A DNA stretch of 63,500 bases, filler included, from Globobulimina sp. (taxonomy: Eukaryota): NCBI GenBank assembly GCA_003354225.1. It is 47 parts of 47 records of this genome, joined end to end, with 100 filler letters (N's around TTAATTAATTAA, not from the genome) between each part and the next. Parts side by side here need not be neighbours in the genome. Positions count along the whole stretch, not along the records: positions 13,541 to 14,794 come from PIVH01020041.1; positions 14,895 to 16,148 come from PIVH01020042.1; positions 16,249 to 17,502 come from PIVH01020043.1; positions 17,603 to 18,856 come from PIVH01020044.1; positions 18,957 to 20,210 come from PIVH01020045.1; positions 20,311 to 21,564 come from PIVH01020046.1; positions 21,665 to 22,918 come from PIVH01020047.1; positions 23,019 to 24,272 come from PIVH01020048.1; 39 more parts are not named here. The stretch is one strand, 5' to 3'. The notes below the pieces were generated by a model, which saw only the letters and a list, made by a program, of their open reading frames with translations, was not told the DNA's origin and ran no database searches. The position numbers were made by a program, and so were the translations under genes. This document shows positions 13,541 to 27,078 of the stretch, piece by piece (position 1 is the stretch's first letter; the number at the start of each line of letters is the position of its first letter).

Positions 13541-14794
13541 GCTATATTAATATCGCTGAGATTTTAGTGGAAGATATAGAATCTGACCATTTATTGGCAT
13601 TGTTATTGGAAGTGCCGACCGACATCGATCAGATGAATGTGTTTGACATTGCTATTCAGTTTGGTTTGGACGATTTTTTTGATAATAATCGGGTCGACCG
13701 CGTCATTACACACATGCATGAACAGTTTGATTTTTTAAGTCCAAATAAGATATTTAGTACTTGCGAGATGAGCACCTACCGGTTATTGCGATATATGATT
13801 GAGAGTCCATCCAAGTTTTATTATTCGCCCATTGGCAAATGGTGGACTTCGGCCATTTTGTATATTTTATATGTGCTGATTGTGACCATTGTGTGCAGTC
13901 AGCAAAATTATTTATACACAGAGATAACCGGAATAGAATATATTATGTGGATAGCCAATGCGGGGTATATTACGTACGAAGTCACCGAAATGTTGTTAGC
14001 CAGCTTTGAATATTTTAGCGAAACGAGTAACATGTTTGACTCCATTATCTCTGTTAATTGGTTGTTGTTAGCTTTCTTGCGGCTGTTAGCCCCGCATATA
14101 TTGCCTGAAAAACTCATTTATGGCTCCTCAGAATTGGACTCTCGTAATAAGACATTAAACGTGATCTACATGTTTCTATTTGGTGTGGAAATGTGTTTAT
14201 TATACTTACGTTTTGCAACAATATTGACTCGCTCCCGTACGTTAGGACCGTTTATCCGAATGATTATTAACATGATATCCGACATATTGAACTTTAGTTT
14301 AATTGTTTTGTTGTTATTAGCTGGATTCATCTTTGCTTTGTCTTTTGTGATCGGAGGAGACAAAGATCCGTCGATTGAGTATTGTTACGACGAAGATAAG
14401 GATCATAGCAAAGTGCCATTGTCCACCTTACCCTCCATTGCTTTGTATGCGTTTCAAGTGTTATTGGGACAGCAGGAATGGCCGGTTATTGCCGCGAATG
14501 AATGTTTAAGTCCAAACAGATCGCGGGTTGTCCAGTTATATATTATCATATTAAGCATATTGGGCACTGTGTTATTACTCAACTTATTGATTGCAATGAT
14601 GGCGTCGACGTATGAAAATCAGCGACAATCCACCTCAAAAGATGTCAATTTCAGCCGTACGGAGGAAACCTATCAATTGGCGCATAGGAACGCATTAATT
14701 GCAGCGCCATTTAATATCGTTGCCTATGCAATGTCGTGATTTGTCGAAGCGATAACCAAAATTGGTATTATATGCACCGGGGGGAAACATGTGT
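13541..14794 (+). CDS. TRP-family cation channel, transmembrane region; in-frame TGA at 14737-14739
   Basis: Six TM segments, LGPFIRMIINMISDI S4-S5 linker, LLLNLLIAMMASTYE S6, TRP-box-like VNFSR, APFN. Confidence 0.88.
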
Positions 14795-14981
14795 NNNNNN
14801 NNNNNNNNNNNNNNNNNNNNNNNNNNNNNNNNNNNNNNTTAATTAATTAANNNNNNNNNNNNNNNNNNNNNNNNNNNNNNNNNNNNNNNNNNNNTTTCCA
14901 TTAATGTTTTTGCTTGAGCTGCCATTCAATGTTAACAAAAAAACATTTAATTTTATTAATAAAACTGAAGAAAAAAAAAAC

Positions 14982-16148
14982 ATGGCCTCTTTGGAAACAA
15001 ACTATCACGGTTTACACGAATATTCTACCTTTTCAGCATCAATAATCGCGCCGCTTCGACGACTTGGAACAGAAGAAGCAGATATTAGTACTCATCGAAA
15101 ATGTTTCTGTTTTTTGTGTCGATTATCGTCATCGTTGATATTTCACCCAGTTGGCCCATTTCGTTGCTGCTGGGATTTGTTTGTAATGTTGTTACTCATT
15201 TACACCTCCATAGAAATACCGTATACAATCTCATTCGGACAGACCGCAATGATCCAATACATCGGTTTATTCGTCGACAGCTGTTTAATAATCGACATCT
15301 TCTTAAATTTCCACACAGCGTATTTCGACAAATATGACAATCTGCGATTGGTAACCAACAAGAAATATATCTGCAAGAAATACTTTCGAACCTGGTTCTT
15401 GATTGATTTCGTAACTTGTATCCCCTTTGAATTTATATTCCAAAAAGCAAACATAACCGACGACGCTGCGTCGAGCACAGCTTTGATTTACATCAAATTG
15501 CTCCGCGTCTTCCGCTTATTGCGCATCATAAAAATCCTACGCTTCGTCAAAATGTTGCGCATATTCGACGCCTTTATGAAGCAGTTCATAATCCGCGAAG
15601 TGATCGTATTCATGAAGTTGCTCAAAGTGCTGATGGGGATGCTGATGTTCGCGCACTTTGCGGCTTGTGTTTGGTGGTTTGTTGGCTTGAAAACGTCGCC
15701 GTCGTGGATTGATGACAAAGCGATACGAAACAATTTGGAGTTGACGCCGATGGAAAAGTATTCGTACGCTTGGTACTGGGCCGTGGTCACTTTGTTCACG
15801 ACGGGTTACGGCGACATTGTGGCCACCAACGCCGTGGAACAATGGGTGTGCAGTATATGCATACTTATCGGCACCTGCTTCTTTGCGTATTTTGTGGGAA
15901 CGTTAACGGTGTTGATCACCGAAGGGGATAAGATCAAATCTTACGAATTAGAAAAATTAGAGGAGGCGCAATCGTTTTGTGAAAAGAAAAAATTGCCCAA
16001 AGAATTGACGCGTGCGATATTGACACATATCCGATATCATTGCACGTACAATTACGTTTTCGATGGTGTGTTTTTATGTTTTTTTGTTTTTTGTTTTTAA
16101 TTTGTTGCTTCTTTTTTTTTGTGTAAAATTATAGAGAATGAGATATTA
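14982..16148 (+). CDS. Voltage-gated K+ channel of the CNBD (EAG/HCN/plant Shaker-like) family; intron 16066-16134; 3' partial
   Basis: IFHP...FR..WD, WFLIDFVTCIP, Arg-rich S4 KLLRVFRLLRIIK, HFAACVW, YWAVVTLFTTGYGD selectivity filter, C-linker. Confidence 0.93.
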
Positions 16149-16248
16149 NNNNNNNNNNNNNNNNNNNNNNNNNNNNNNNNNNNNNNNNNNNNTTAATTAA
16201 TTAANNNNNNNNNNNNNNNNNNNNNNNNNNNNNNNNNNNNNNNNNNNN

Positions 16249-17501
16249 TTCCATATGAGCACGATTTTCAACAACAAAACGATGATTCCAATGTTCCACT
16301 TTATTCTGTGCTCCTTTATCAATTGACCACTGTCCATATTGATACGATGTGTTTCGTATTTATGTGGTCTTATGCATTTATGTTTTCGTTTTTGTCGCTT
16401 CAAAATGTATCGCTTCCTTGTGCTACTTGCGACTTTTGTATGTTTGTTAAACGACCTTTTCTTGGTCTGCGGTTTATGCAAATTTGTGTTTTCCGGTGTA
16501 AATCCTCCCCCTTTGAAAGTTTTGAACTGCTTTACAATGAGGGGTGTTTTGGCTTTGCGAATATGCTTCTTTTTCTTCTGGGGTGTCCGACCACTGTTTC
16601 CCCGCTTTTTGTTATGCTTTACTGATATGCCAATGTTTGCATTTTGGGGTGTCCGCCCGCCGTTTCTCCCCTTCTCCACTTCACTTCTAATATCAGTATT
16701 TGTATTTTCCGGGGTGTCTTGTGCACTGTATTCCCCTTCTTTGTTATCCTTCACCACTGTCTCAATATCCGATTTTATGTATTTTGGGGTGTCCTGAGAA
16801 CTGTATTCCCCTTTTTTGCCTTCCACTACTGTGTCAATCTTTGTATTTGTGTCGGTTTTAAACTTTACCTTTCCGACTGTCGCATCTCCATATATGTCTG
16901 TATCTATGCCAAAAGGAATGCCTTGAAGAAAACCGTTATCTCCTGTTGCATTTTTAAATCCACTATCAATAACTATAATTTTGTCCTTGTCTCTTGGGGT
17001 GTCCTTAGAACTGTATTCCCCTTTTCCGATGTCAACAATTTTGACATTTTCGACTTTTACAACTCTTTCGACAATTTCGACCTCAACGACCTTTACAACT
17101 TTTTTATTTTTGTCTACATCCTTCGATTCAACTATTTCTATGTCACTATTACTATTGCAAACTGTTTCATTTGAAAGTAATTGAGTGACTTTATTTTCGA
17201 TCAAACTATCCATTTCAACAAAATTTTCCCTTTCGAATAAACTATTCTTTTCAACAAATTTTTTATTTTCAATCAAACTATTCGATTCGACTATCTCTTT
17301 ATTGTCGATCAAAACGCGAGGCAAATCAATTCCAACAATTGCAACTTGGTGTGCAGAATTTTCAAATTTCGATACAAGCGAATTTTCCTTCAAACAATCA
17401 ATTTTTGCGTTATCCCCGAACGAATCCAAATTTTTACTATTTTCCTTTTTCGAATTGGCGCTATACTCGTCTACTACTACGGAGTGTCTGTGGTTTCCTC
17501 C
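16249..17501 (-). CDS. Uninterrupted ORF with internal K-G-x-Y/N-S/G-x-x-D/R-T-P repeats; probably repeat/TE-derived, function unknown
   Basis: Frame open across the whole contig; GGGGTGTCC-anchored repeats at about 16580, 16646, 16711, 16786 and 16996. Confidence 0.45.
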
Positions 17502-18033
17502 GNNNNNNNNNNNNNNNNNNNNNNNNNNNNNNNNNNNNNNNNNNNNTTAATTAATTAANNNNNNNNNNNNNNNNNNNNNNNNNNNNNNNNNNNNNNNNNN
17601 NNTTCACGTTATTCTACCATTTTTCGACATATTGTTTCTGCAATACTTGTAGTGTGATATACTGTGCTTTTTTTTTTCATTATTAATCATATCATGCAAT
17701 TAAAATTTTCTGGTATGATGTTGTTTTTTGTTTGTTTGTTATTTTTTTTGCATGTTGACATAACGATTCTTTTTTTTGTTTGCAATTTGTTGCATGTTGT
17801 TTTTTGCATGCACAAAATATATTTTTAGGATTGTTTTTTTTCTTTGCTTGTACCTAATTACCTACTGTACATTACCTAATTACCTTAAGTCACGTGATAG
17901 TGGTCGACTGGTCGTGGATGTGCTTTGTACGCCGGTGTGACAATTCAAAAATATGACACTGCCTCACGCTGAAAATAGGATCGATGCTATTTAGTATTTA
18001 AATAAACAACACAAAAGATCAAAACTTTATTAT

Positions 18034-18856
18034 TTATTCAATAATTTTATGCTTTTCTAAATACTCATTATTCTCTCGTTCAATTCTTTTTTTTCTCCAA
18101 CAAATTACACCAATTAAAGATGTCACACAACATATAATAACAGTCGATGCAGCTATAACATATGTAATATCATTACTACTCAGACCATTATCGTCTGGAT
18201 CCCATTTACATTCCTTTATATGTAATTGTTGAACTACATTTTGGCAACACTCACCCGTACAATTCCGAGCAGAACGAAAAATGGATGGGCCGCGGGCATA
18301 ATCATTGCAATATATATTCCATTGGCGAATACAGGCCGTAGTTATATCCTCCTTACATTCACAATGAATGCCAGAAATATTAATATCATCGGCGCCATTT
18401 ATTGTATATAATGTTAACATTTCACAGCCATATTTATAACACTTTAAAGTTGAAAAGGTTTTATTTGTTGTTTTGTTTTTTGCTGGGAATACAATGGACA
18501 AGTTATGACATTTCGTATCTTGCTCAAATGCAGTGTCCCCACAATAAACTGAAATATGTTTAGAATTTGACGCATTTATATATGAATCATTTACGGGTCC
18601 GTTAAATGCCACAATCATTGAACTTGAATTATAAGCATTTATTATCATATTACCAATAATTGCTCCGTTTTCTGAATGAATTGAAAATGTATTTGATTGA
18701 GCTGCGGATATATTATTATTTAATAGTCGACAATTTCCACCGACATCAATTTTGTAATTTAAATAATTTGCATAAATATGTGTATCTCGTATGAAGCCGA
18801 CATTATTACAGTCGAGTTCTAATGTGATATCATTCTCATTTTTCGCACTTGAATAA
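18034..18856 (-). CDS. Cys-rich extracellular single-pass (type I) membrane protein, C-terminal part
   Basis: Cys-rich ectodomain with N-glycosylation sequons, TM ITYVIAASTVIICCVTSLIGVICW followed by RKKR. Confidence 0.7.
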
Positions 18857-19352
18857 NNNNNNNNNNNNNNNNNNNNNNNNNNNNNNNNNNNNNNNNNNNN
18901 TTAATTAATTAANNNNNNNNNNNNNNNNNNNNNNNNNNNNNNNNNNNNNNNNNNNNGTTTTTGTCAATTTGTCAAAAAAATAGGGGACCAAACCCTTAAA
19001 GATATTTGAGGAAATTCAAAAATTGTAATCTAATCACATAAATTCGAACATTTGACCATGAAATCACATGCAATAATTTCCCATTTTAAATCCGATTACT
19101 TAGGGCTCAGCATTCTTATATTACGCAATAAATCGAGACAATGAGACCTAGACAAGAAGACTATATAAAACAGTTTAAATGGATATTTTGTTCGCATTAT
19201 AAGTCCGATAAAATACGATGACTAGTTTACTATATAACGCTTTTTCAAATGAAGGAAGAATAAATACTGAAATACACAAAAAAATGCCCAATGTTTGTCA
19301 GTACTTGTTAGTGACTGAAAATACAATTAATACAGAATAATCAAAATATACT

Positions 19353-20210
19353 CTAAATACTATCATCTAAGTTAAGGTGTTGTGGCGGATCCGCTTGAAA
19401 GTCGACAGTGACGTTATCCGAACCGCAACAGATACAATGTTCTTTCATCCATTCTTTATCTTTATCCCTTACCGCCTTTTGGCTCCATCCATAAACAGTT
19501 GCGTTTCCAACACCAATCAGCGCACTAAAAAACACCTGAATTCCAGCCAACCAAAATGGCGATATTCTGTGATCGCTGGTAAATAACTCACTTAATCTTC
19601 GTATGGTTGCCGGTGTGTAACAGATCATTAATATCATAGGATAATATTTCATTCTTTGCAATGTTGAAGATTTCGAACTAGTATCTTTCTTACGCACATT
19701 TGATGAAATATCCTCAGACACACTGTCGTCCTCTTCATTCTCTAGAAACGCTTGTGATTTTTTCGATTGTTGTGCTGTGGCACTTAATTTATTCCATACA
19801 CGGCAGTATACAAAGGATATGAATATGACAGATATCCATAATGGAATGTAGAATAAAACAAATCTCCACACATTATCGCGTGGTTCGTGTCCCTTTATCC
19901 AACACCAACCTCCAGCTCCGCCATAAGAGTTTGTAGTTAATGGCAACAGGCTACAAATAGCAATATAGAGCCATATGATAATATGCATCTTCTTTAGCCA
20001 TCGTGCGGTGTCTTCAGTTGTTGGCGGTGATTGTGCTGAGATAATGAGCCATATAGAAACAGAAATCGCTGTCACCCAACAAATTGATGTCAGTGCGCCT
20101 GCCTCAGATAATAAGCCTTGCAGTGTACATAATGCATCATTGTCTTCTGGATTGCCAAAAAAATTTGCAACTGACGATACCAAGTCACCAATGGCTACGC
20201 AAAAAATCAA
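19353..20210 (-). CDS. cAMP-receptor-like/GCR1-like 7TM GPCR (5' partial)
   Basis: LCTLQG, SYGGAGGWCWI, WRFVLFYIPLW, YYPMILMICYTPATIRR, GVGNATVYG. Confidence 0.88.
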   Translation of the reverse strand: MIFCVAIGDLVSSVANFFGNPEDNDALCTLQGLLSEAGALTSICWVTAISVSIWLIISAQSPPTTEDTARWLKKMHIIIWLYIAICSLLPLTTNSYGGAGGWCWIKGHEPRDNVWRFVLFYIPLWISVIFISFVYCRVWNKLSATAQQSKKSQAFLENEEDDSVSEDISSNVRKKDTSSKSSTLQRMKYYPMILMICYTPATIRRLSELFTSDHRISPFWLAGIQVFFSALIGVGNATVYGWSQKAVRDKDKEWMKEHCICCGSDNVTVDFQADPPQHLNLDDSI

Positions 20211-20917
20211 NNNNNNNNNNNNNNNNNNNNNNNNNNNNNNNNNNNNNNNNNNNNTTAATTAATTAANNNNNNNNNNNNNNNNNNNNNNNNNNNNNNNNNN
20301 NNNNNNNNNNTTTGTTTGTTGTTTTCTGTCCTAATTTAGATGATTTTTTTTTTTAGTCTCGCAAGTGCGCAAAACACTCGAATGACATCAATTTTTAAAA
20401 AGAAAAATCAATTTTATTGGTCAATACTTGGTGTGTTCTTCCTCTTTCCAGCACTGCTGCATCCCAATATTTACATGCTGTGAAATATAATTTTATTGTG
20501 AGTTGCTGCATGGTGTGCGTTGCTGCAATGTTGGACAATACATCGCGTTTCACATGGTTTGATAGCAGCTGCACGACATAATTCACAATACCAAAACTTC
20601 AATTAAATTGTGGATCAATAAATATCATATCACATAATGTTGTATCAAATCATTCTTTTTGTGTTCCATTGTTTTTTTCCTTGTTATTATCATGATTATT
20701 ATATTGTTGTTGTTGTTATTATGATTGTTACTCGAATTTTAATATCTCGCCATCCTTTCATTGAACCCCAATCTTTGTCTTTTATTTGGTCTGTGCAGTG
20801 ACGGTTGTTGATGTGACATTTTTCCAATTTTAGTGGTTTTCCAGCTAAATTAGGGACACCAGAAATATGTTTCCCTTGATTTAACAGTTAATTTAAAAAT
20901 CCATCGGAACAGTAACA

Positions 20918-21564
20918 ATGTCAAATTCTCCAGAACAAGAACTCACCATTTTAAACACTGGTATCAATCGCATTGATGTGGTAGATGATACTCAACAACG
21001 CGAAGAAGAAGAAGATAAATTATCAAAATGCAGCCATTCATGTATTATGTTTAAGATGCAGTGCATTAAATTATCAACATGTTTAAGATGGTTTTATTCC
21101 CCGATATTATGTGTTAATATTCTTCATACATTTTGTTGTCAGTTTTATCATTTGTATAATTTTTCATTTTCAATTTTTATATTTATATTTGATGTTACAA
21201 CAATAACCACATCCATTTGTTTAACAATATTAGCGTGCATTGGGATTGTTTTATTATTGTTTTCATTTTAATTTATTTTATTATTTTCCCGAGTTGATCT
21301 ATGGACAAATTATTATTTAGTAGAAAATAAAAAAAATGATGCTACGAAATCATTAATAAAATTATCATTTTATACAAAAAATTTAGCAGTTTGTGGTTGT
21401 GATGGTTTTTGTGGTATAATGTGGCAAAGAACAAAACATTTATTTACATCATGCAATATGTTTATAATAATAATATATCATATTATTATCCGTCCAATTA
21501 TTACAGCATTAACGTGTTCGGCTGCATTTTCAGTGTTATTTCAGTGTTATTATCATTTATTAAA
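20918..21564 (+). CDS. Multi-pass membrane protein interrupted by a single in-frame TAA (21269-21271)
   Basis: ORFs 20918 and 21419 share a frame with only one stop between them; hydrophobic helices on both sides. Confidence 0.55.
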
Positions 21565-21664
21565 NNNNNNNNNNNNNNNNNNNNNNNNNNNNNNNNNNNN
21601 NNNNNNNNTTAATTAATTAANNNNNNNNNNNNNNNNNNNNNNNNNNNNNNNNNNNNNNNNNNNN

Positions 21665-22502
21665 GGTTTGGACCGCCTAACACCACCGCATTCATAAAGG
21701 GCAAGGCGATCTCATTGAAATCGAATTCGTATTCATACAATTCTTTGGCTCGCATTAATAAGTTTCGACATTCTAATTTGTAGGGCGAGCCACTGCAACA
21801 CCACTCGCAGTGGTTGCGAATGATTGGTAATATGTTGCAATATTCTTTTTTTATACTATTCTGTGGATGGGATGTTGTTTAGATTAAGTTTCTGAAATCA
21901 TATCAATAGGAACAAAATACCTCTTTTTGGCAACTGAACACTTCCTTTTCCATATCATTTATAACGGGTAACATGTCATGATACGGACATAGTGTTTTAA
22001 TGTTTTGTTTTTTACCATGATACGAGGTGAGATTGACACTGTTACGAACGTGTGAACGTTGCGCAAATTCTTCAATTAATTTGCTGTGGGTGGTGCCGTT
22101 TTTTTTCCTTTTCTTAGTGGGAGGAGATTGCGATTGAATGATGGTGTCAGTGGTAAGTGGCAAACTGCGTTTGTTTGAGCTGTGGTTTGATGATGGAGAC
22201 GATGATGCAGTGTCATTCTCTGATATTGTGGATGGTGTAACTGATGTTATACTGCTATGGCTCCTATTTGGATTGATTGGATTTGTACGTGTTCGATTTG
22301 GAGTTGTTGGATTTGCGATGGGTACTCGTACTTGCTGTGATGGCATAGTTGGTATACTTATATTTGATATATTGGCTGGCTGTGGTGGCTGGAATTGAGC
22401 GTTGCGAAATGGTGATGGTTGCTGTAGCTGTAGTTGTTGGTTGTGAATATTATTGCTGTTGTTGTGTAATAATGGTGGAAACTGGTAATTATTCATTGTC
22501 AT
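21665..22502 (-). CDS. Hypothetical nuclear protein (Q/P/N/S-rich N-terminus, KKRKK NLS, Cys/His region); intron 21861-21920
   Basis: Splicing GAG|GT...CAG|AAT extends the frame to the contig end (NSIKKEYCNILP...CEWCCSG). Confidence 0.6.
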
Positions 22503-23235
22503 AATAGGTTGTATTGTGATATCCTATGTTTTGTTTGCATTTGACCAAAAAAAAAAGAAAAAAAAAAGAGTGGTGTATTTTGAAGAAACGAACGTATATT
22601 TGTACACCTGTGGATCTGTAATTTGTAAGGGATAACTATTTATTTGTAAAATTTCGAGATAAGCTAAACGTTGTGACAGAGCGTGTAGATGGTTGGAGTG
22701 GTATAAATGGTAATAAATGGTTTTTGAACAGAAAAGTGCTACTTTCACTGAACGATATATTCCAAAAGTTAGCACACACCGACACACGTCGACAAATCTG
22801 TAACTTAAGGAATGTATACAAAGGGGTGGGGTTATCTAAATACTTATCTTTTGGAATATATTGTTTAATGAAACTATATGAAAGACACAAAAACACCAAC
22901 TAAACGATAAATCGATAANNNNNNNNNNNNNNNNNNNNNNNNNNNNNNNNNNNNNNNNNNNNTTAATTAATTAANNNNNNNNNNNNNNNNNNNNNNNNNN
23001 NNNNNNNNNNNNNNNNNNAAAGGAATATTATGCACATTTCATATGCAAGCAATGTATTTACAAAAATGGGTGAATTTGCGAATGGAGAATGCATATTATA
23101 TCACTATAAAATCGTCACTTCTTTTTTGTTGCGGTACACCGGATAAAGTTAATTTGCATATTATTATATTATATTATTTAATAAATTAAAATATATTGCA
23201 ACTATCAATAGAATCGGCTGTTTGATAGTTATTCA

Positions 23236-24272
23236 TTGAGACATTTAGGTTCATTGTCAGCAACGATGAATGGAATAAATGGCTTAAGCATACAAAGTGT
23301 AGCAAGTTCAATTGCAACTGTTCATAATGCGAACGCAACAGATATATATAAACAATCATCAATATTACAATTACATATGCAACCAAATGGTGAGTCAGAT
23401 GAGAATAACGCATTTGAAGTGTGTGCCGCGGCCGTGGTTGATTCAAAGATTATAAATGATGGCAAAAAAATAATTTGTATTTATAACAACGGCAATGTTA
23501 TGATTTGGAATATGATAAAGCAGGAAAAGGAAAATAATAATTGTGTACAGTATAAATTCAATATATTCCGATCCATTGAAAGAAATAAATTTAATAAAGC
23601 ACAAAATCAAATAATTCAACTTCCAAACAATGATTTAATTGTTTTGAATGAAAATGGATATTTAAAATGTATTTCAAACCGTATTGTATCAAGTGCACTC
23701 CCTACAAATTTACAAGTATGTCCAATGTCCAATATGTCCAATATCTGCTCCCTATAAATATAAATTATTAGATGGAGCAAAATATATCACATATTATTCC
23801 TTGTTTTGAATGTAAATCTCTAATCGTAATATCCAGCAATCAGACTGCAAATATTTACCATACAGATCCAATAAAATTAAAACAAAGAGTAAATATATTA
23901 GAAATTAATCAAGATGAAATTAATCAAATTAAAGTCTCATTATCATCAACATTTATTGCTATGGATGGTGTAAATGATAAGAATGCCGGCACACTGAAAA
24001 TTATTCACACAAACACACCAACAGAAATATTCTCAATCATTAATATGAAATTTAAGATTATCGGTACCTACGTATACATTTATATTAATATCATATTTAT
24101 GTACGTATATAATATTTAGATTTTGATTTCTGGTCAGATGAAAATGGAATATTTATTTTTACAGCAAATGGTTTATCATCATATTCATTCGAGATGCAGC
24201 AATTGCAAACAATAAAGGTTATGACGGCCGGTGAGAAAATAATTCGAATCCAAACTTATCCATCTGGTAAAT
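23236..24272 (+). CDS. Probable beta-propeller (WD40-like) protein, multi-exon fragment
   Basis: IICIYNNGNVMIWNM-type strands; GT-AG introns near 23716-23771 and 24064-24119. Confidence 0.5.
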
Positions 24273-24454
24273 NNNNNNNNNNNNNNNNNNNNNNNNNNNN
24301 NNNNNNNNNNNNNNNNTTAATTAATTAANNNNNNNNNNNNNNNNNNNNNNNNNNNNNNNNNNNNNNNNNNNNATTATGTGCGTGAAGGTGTAGCGAACAA
24401 AACAATCGGAGAAACTAACTATCTTTAATTAATTATATTGTCTCCATACATGCA

Positions 24455-25318
24455 CTAGTGCATTTGTGACGTGTTTGCAGCTCCTTCTGTTACATATTTT
24501 TTGTTAACAGCATTTGTCTGATTTGTTAATTGTTGTATTGACTCAAATAATGAGTATTTATCTTTATATTTTGTGACTCCCAAATCCTTCATAAACTCCA
24601 AACTCATAGTTTTCAAATCATCGCCAGTAATTTCTTGATCAATCAATGATTTGCTTATTGCATCCTGATAACGTGCATATTTGCCATTATCCAACATCAT
24701 TATCCATGTTACTATCTCCTCTGCACTCCACGATTCATATTTGCTCAAATCCATTGATTTCCCGCTTAAACGTTGGATATCATTCCTTAACCCAACAATC
24801 TTCATTTCCAGCTCTTTCTTTTCATTTTCCAATTCATACACTCTTCGATTCAATGATCCATTTTCATTCTATATTAATACATCAGAAACGAGTTTATATA
24901 AATACAATTTCTAAACTTTTAATTGCTTTACAACTTTATGTAATGACTGCAAATCTTGCTGTTCAATTTTATATAACCACCAACTTACTAACATTTTAGC
25001 CAACTCGTCTGGATCCTTTTCAAATTTTTGATATTTAATATTAATATGTGTAAATTGTTTTTGTAAGGCGGCAATTACTAATGAATAAATATATCTCCTT
25101 CTAGCATACTTCATTTTTTTTGCTTGTAACTCTTTAGTTACTTCAATATTTCCATGAATGAATACTGCTTTGGGATCTTCTTTTTGTTCATTTGAACTAT
25201 TTGGTTTTGCAAATAATTCATTTACAAATGTCTCGCCATACTTAGCAATATATGTTTCACGTACCGGTGGATATTTTGTAACATGGCCAATACTCCTGGA
25301 TGATTCATCTGAACTCAC
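24455..25318 (-). CDS. Coiled-coil plus C-terminal SAM domain protein; intron 24869-24916
   Basis: WSAEEIVTWI...YARY...LIDQEITGDDL..MSLEFMKDLGV..YKDKYSLFESIQQL; a 48-nt intron joins the two ORFs in frame. Confidence 0.85.
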
Positions 25319-25757
25319 TCATCACACTTCTAACTAATGTCTAATGTTTCGATGAACGCATTCTTCTTCATCATACAATTGTACAGAGAACATTCCGGAC
25401 CTGTCCCTTACCCTCGTCACGCTGCCCTTCCTCCACTCTAACTTCTTTGGATTCGCCATGCCGGTCCCAAATGAGGCCAGAACGCAGTGGACCATCTAGG
25501 CAGCCTTTGGCGATGCGGAAATTGATATGTTTAGCACCGAGGTTTTGGGTCATCTAATCCCATCCATACTGGACGACTGCAGCTTGTACGACGGCTACAA
25601 TATCAAAGTTACAGCGGAACGAATGNNNNNNNNNNNNNNNNNNNNNNNNNNNNNNNNNNNNNNNNNNNNTTAATTAATTAANNNNNNNNNNNNNNNNNNN
25701 NNNNNNNNNNNNNNNNNNNNNNNNNTTAAATCCATTTTCAATAATACTATCAATGCA

Positions 25758-26978
25758 ATGTTAAATGACAGAAATGTTAACGTATCGCGAGAGGGTTCAC
25801 AAATACAAGCAATACTAAACACGCATAAACATGATATGAATTTCCGTCGTCTCTTTCATAAAGAATTTCCATCCATTTTGCGGTCAATAAACCAAATACC
25901 AATCGACTCGCTAAAAATGGAAACATTGGAAAAAATGCTGGGGATAAGAGTGGGAAAAATGCTGTGTTTGGATTTTGATACGATATTCTACCCAAAAATC
26001 GAGGAAGCATTACACATCATATCAACAGCTTTAGTTTATCATTACTGTCAGGTTAAGATGAACAATATTAATACAGATCCATTTGCAAGAATTTCAAATT
26101 CAATTTTATACAAAACAATCCTTCAAAATGTTAATATTTCAACATTGCGATTGTGGAAGGTATTATGGGATCAGACTATTTTATGGGATCAGGATGAAAT
26201 AGAAAGCATTCCAAAGCAAGTTATTGCTGAATTAGAATCGAATGGAACTCATATCCATAATATCCATAATGTGTTTGATTGGTTTAATTTATTACGTATT
26301 AATACTCCAAGAACTCTGAGCTATAAAGTTGCGACAGAATACGTGTTACAAATCAGTGCTATTTACAATAATCCAGAAAACAATTTAAGTTTTCGATCGG
26401 ATGAATACCAACTTTATGATCATATTAATATTGTGACATTTGCAGAATGGAAAATTGCAAAATGGATAAATTTTGTTGTTCAACGTTCTTATTATAATTA
26501 TCAAGATAACAACACAGCAAATTGTGATGGATTGATAACATCGCTGGGCACCATATTTTATCATAAGGAGTTAATTTGGCATTTACATGTTAATCAATTG
26601 CAATATGGCGTTGATGCAGAATTCATGTCTGAGACCATTAGAAAATTAAAAAACATTCGATCTGATTGGAAAAGATTCAGTCTTTTGGAACTGAGAAATG
26701 TTTCGGTTTTTGCATTAATATGTTTTATTATCACGTGTGGCGTAACAATATTGGCACTCCTGTTATTTGCCACTATTTTGTTATTCAAATGGTGTGATTG
26801 CATAATGGAACATGATTTGACTATTTTTTGTCTGTTGATAAGAAAATTTGACTTTTGTAAAAGAAAAAAAAATATTTTAAGCGTGTTTTGTAGCATTTTT
26901 TTGTGTTGGTTGGTTATGATAATACCATTGTTTATTGAACCTCCCCCTTTTTTTTTTTAAGAAATACCATCTGTATTT
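25758..26978 (+). CDS. Hypothetical protein with C-terminal TM helices
   Basis: 400-aa open frame; hydrophobic C-terminus. Confidence 0.55.
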
Positions 26979-27078
26979 NNNNNNNNNNNNNNNNNNNNNN
27001 NNNNNNNNNNNNNNNNNNNNNNTTAATTAATTAANNNNNNNNNNNNNNNNNNNNNNNNNNNNNNNNNNNNNNNNNNNN

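Noticed and set aside
14737-14739. TGA as selenocysteine in the TRP channel
   Set aside because: Not a redox Cys position, and no SECIS can be assessed because the contig ends 55 nt later.
16290-16330. IKEHR resembling a GIY-YIG (Penelope) motif
   Set aside because: No GIY/YIG or RT motifs nearby.
13541-20210. Apparent signalling cluster (TRP, K+ channel, GPCR)
   Set aside because: The genes are on separate contigs; adjacency is a sorting artefact.
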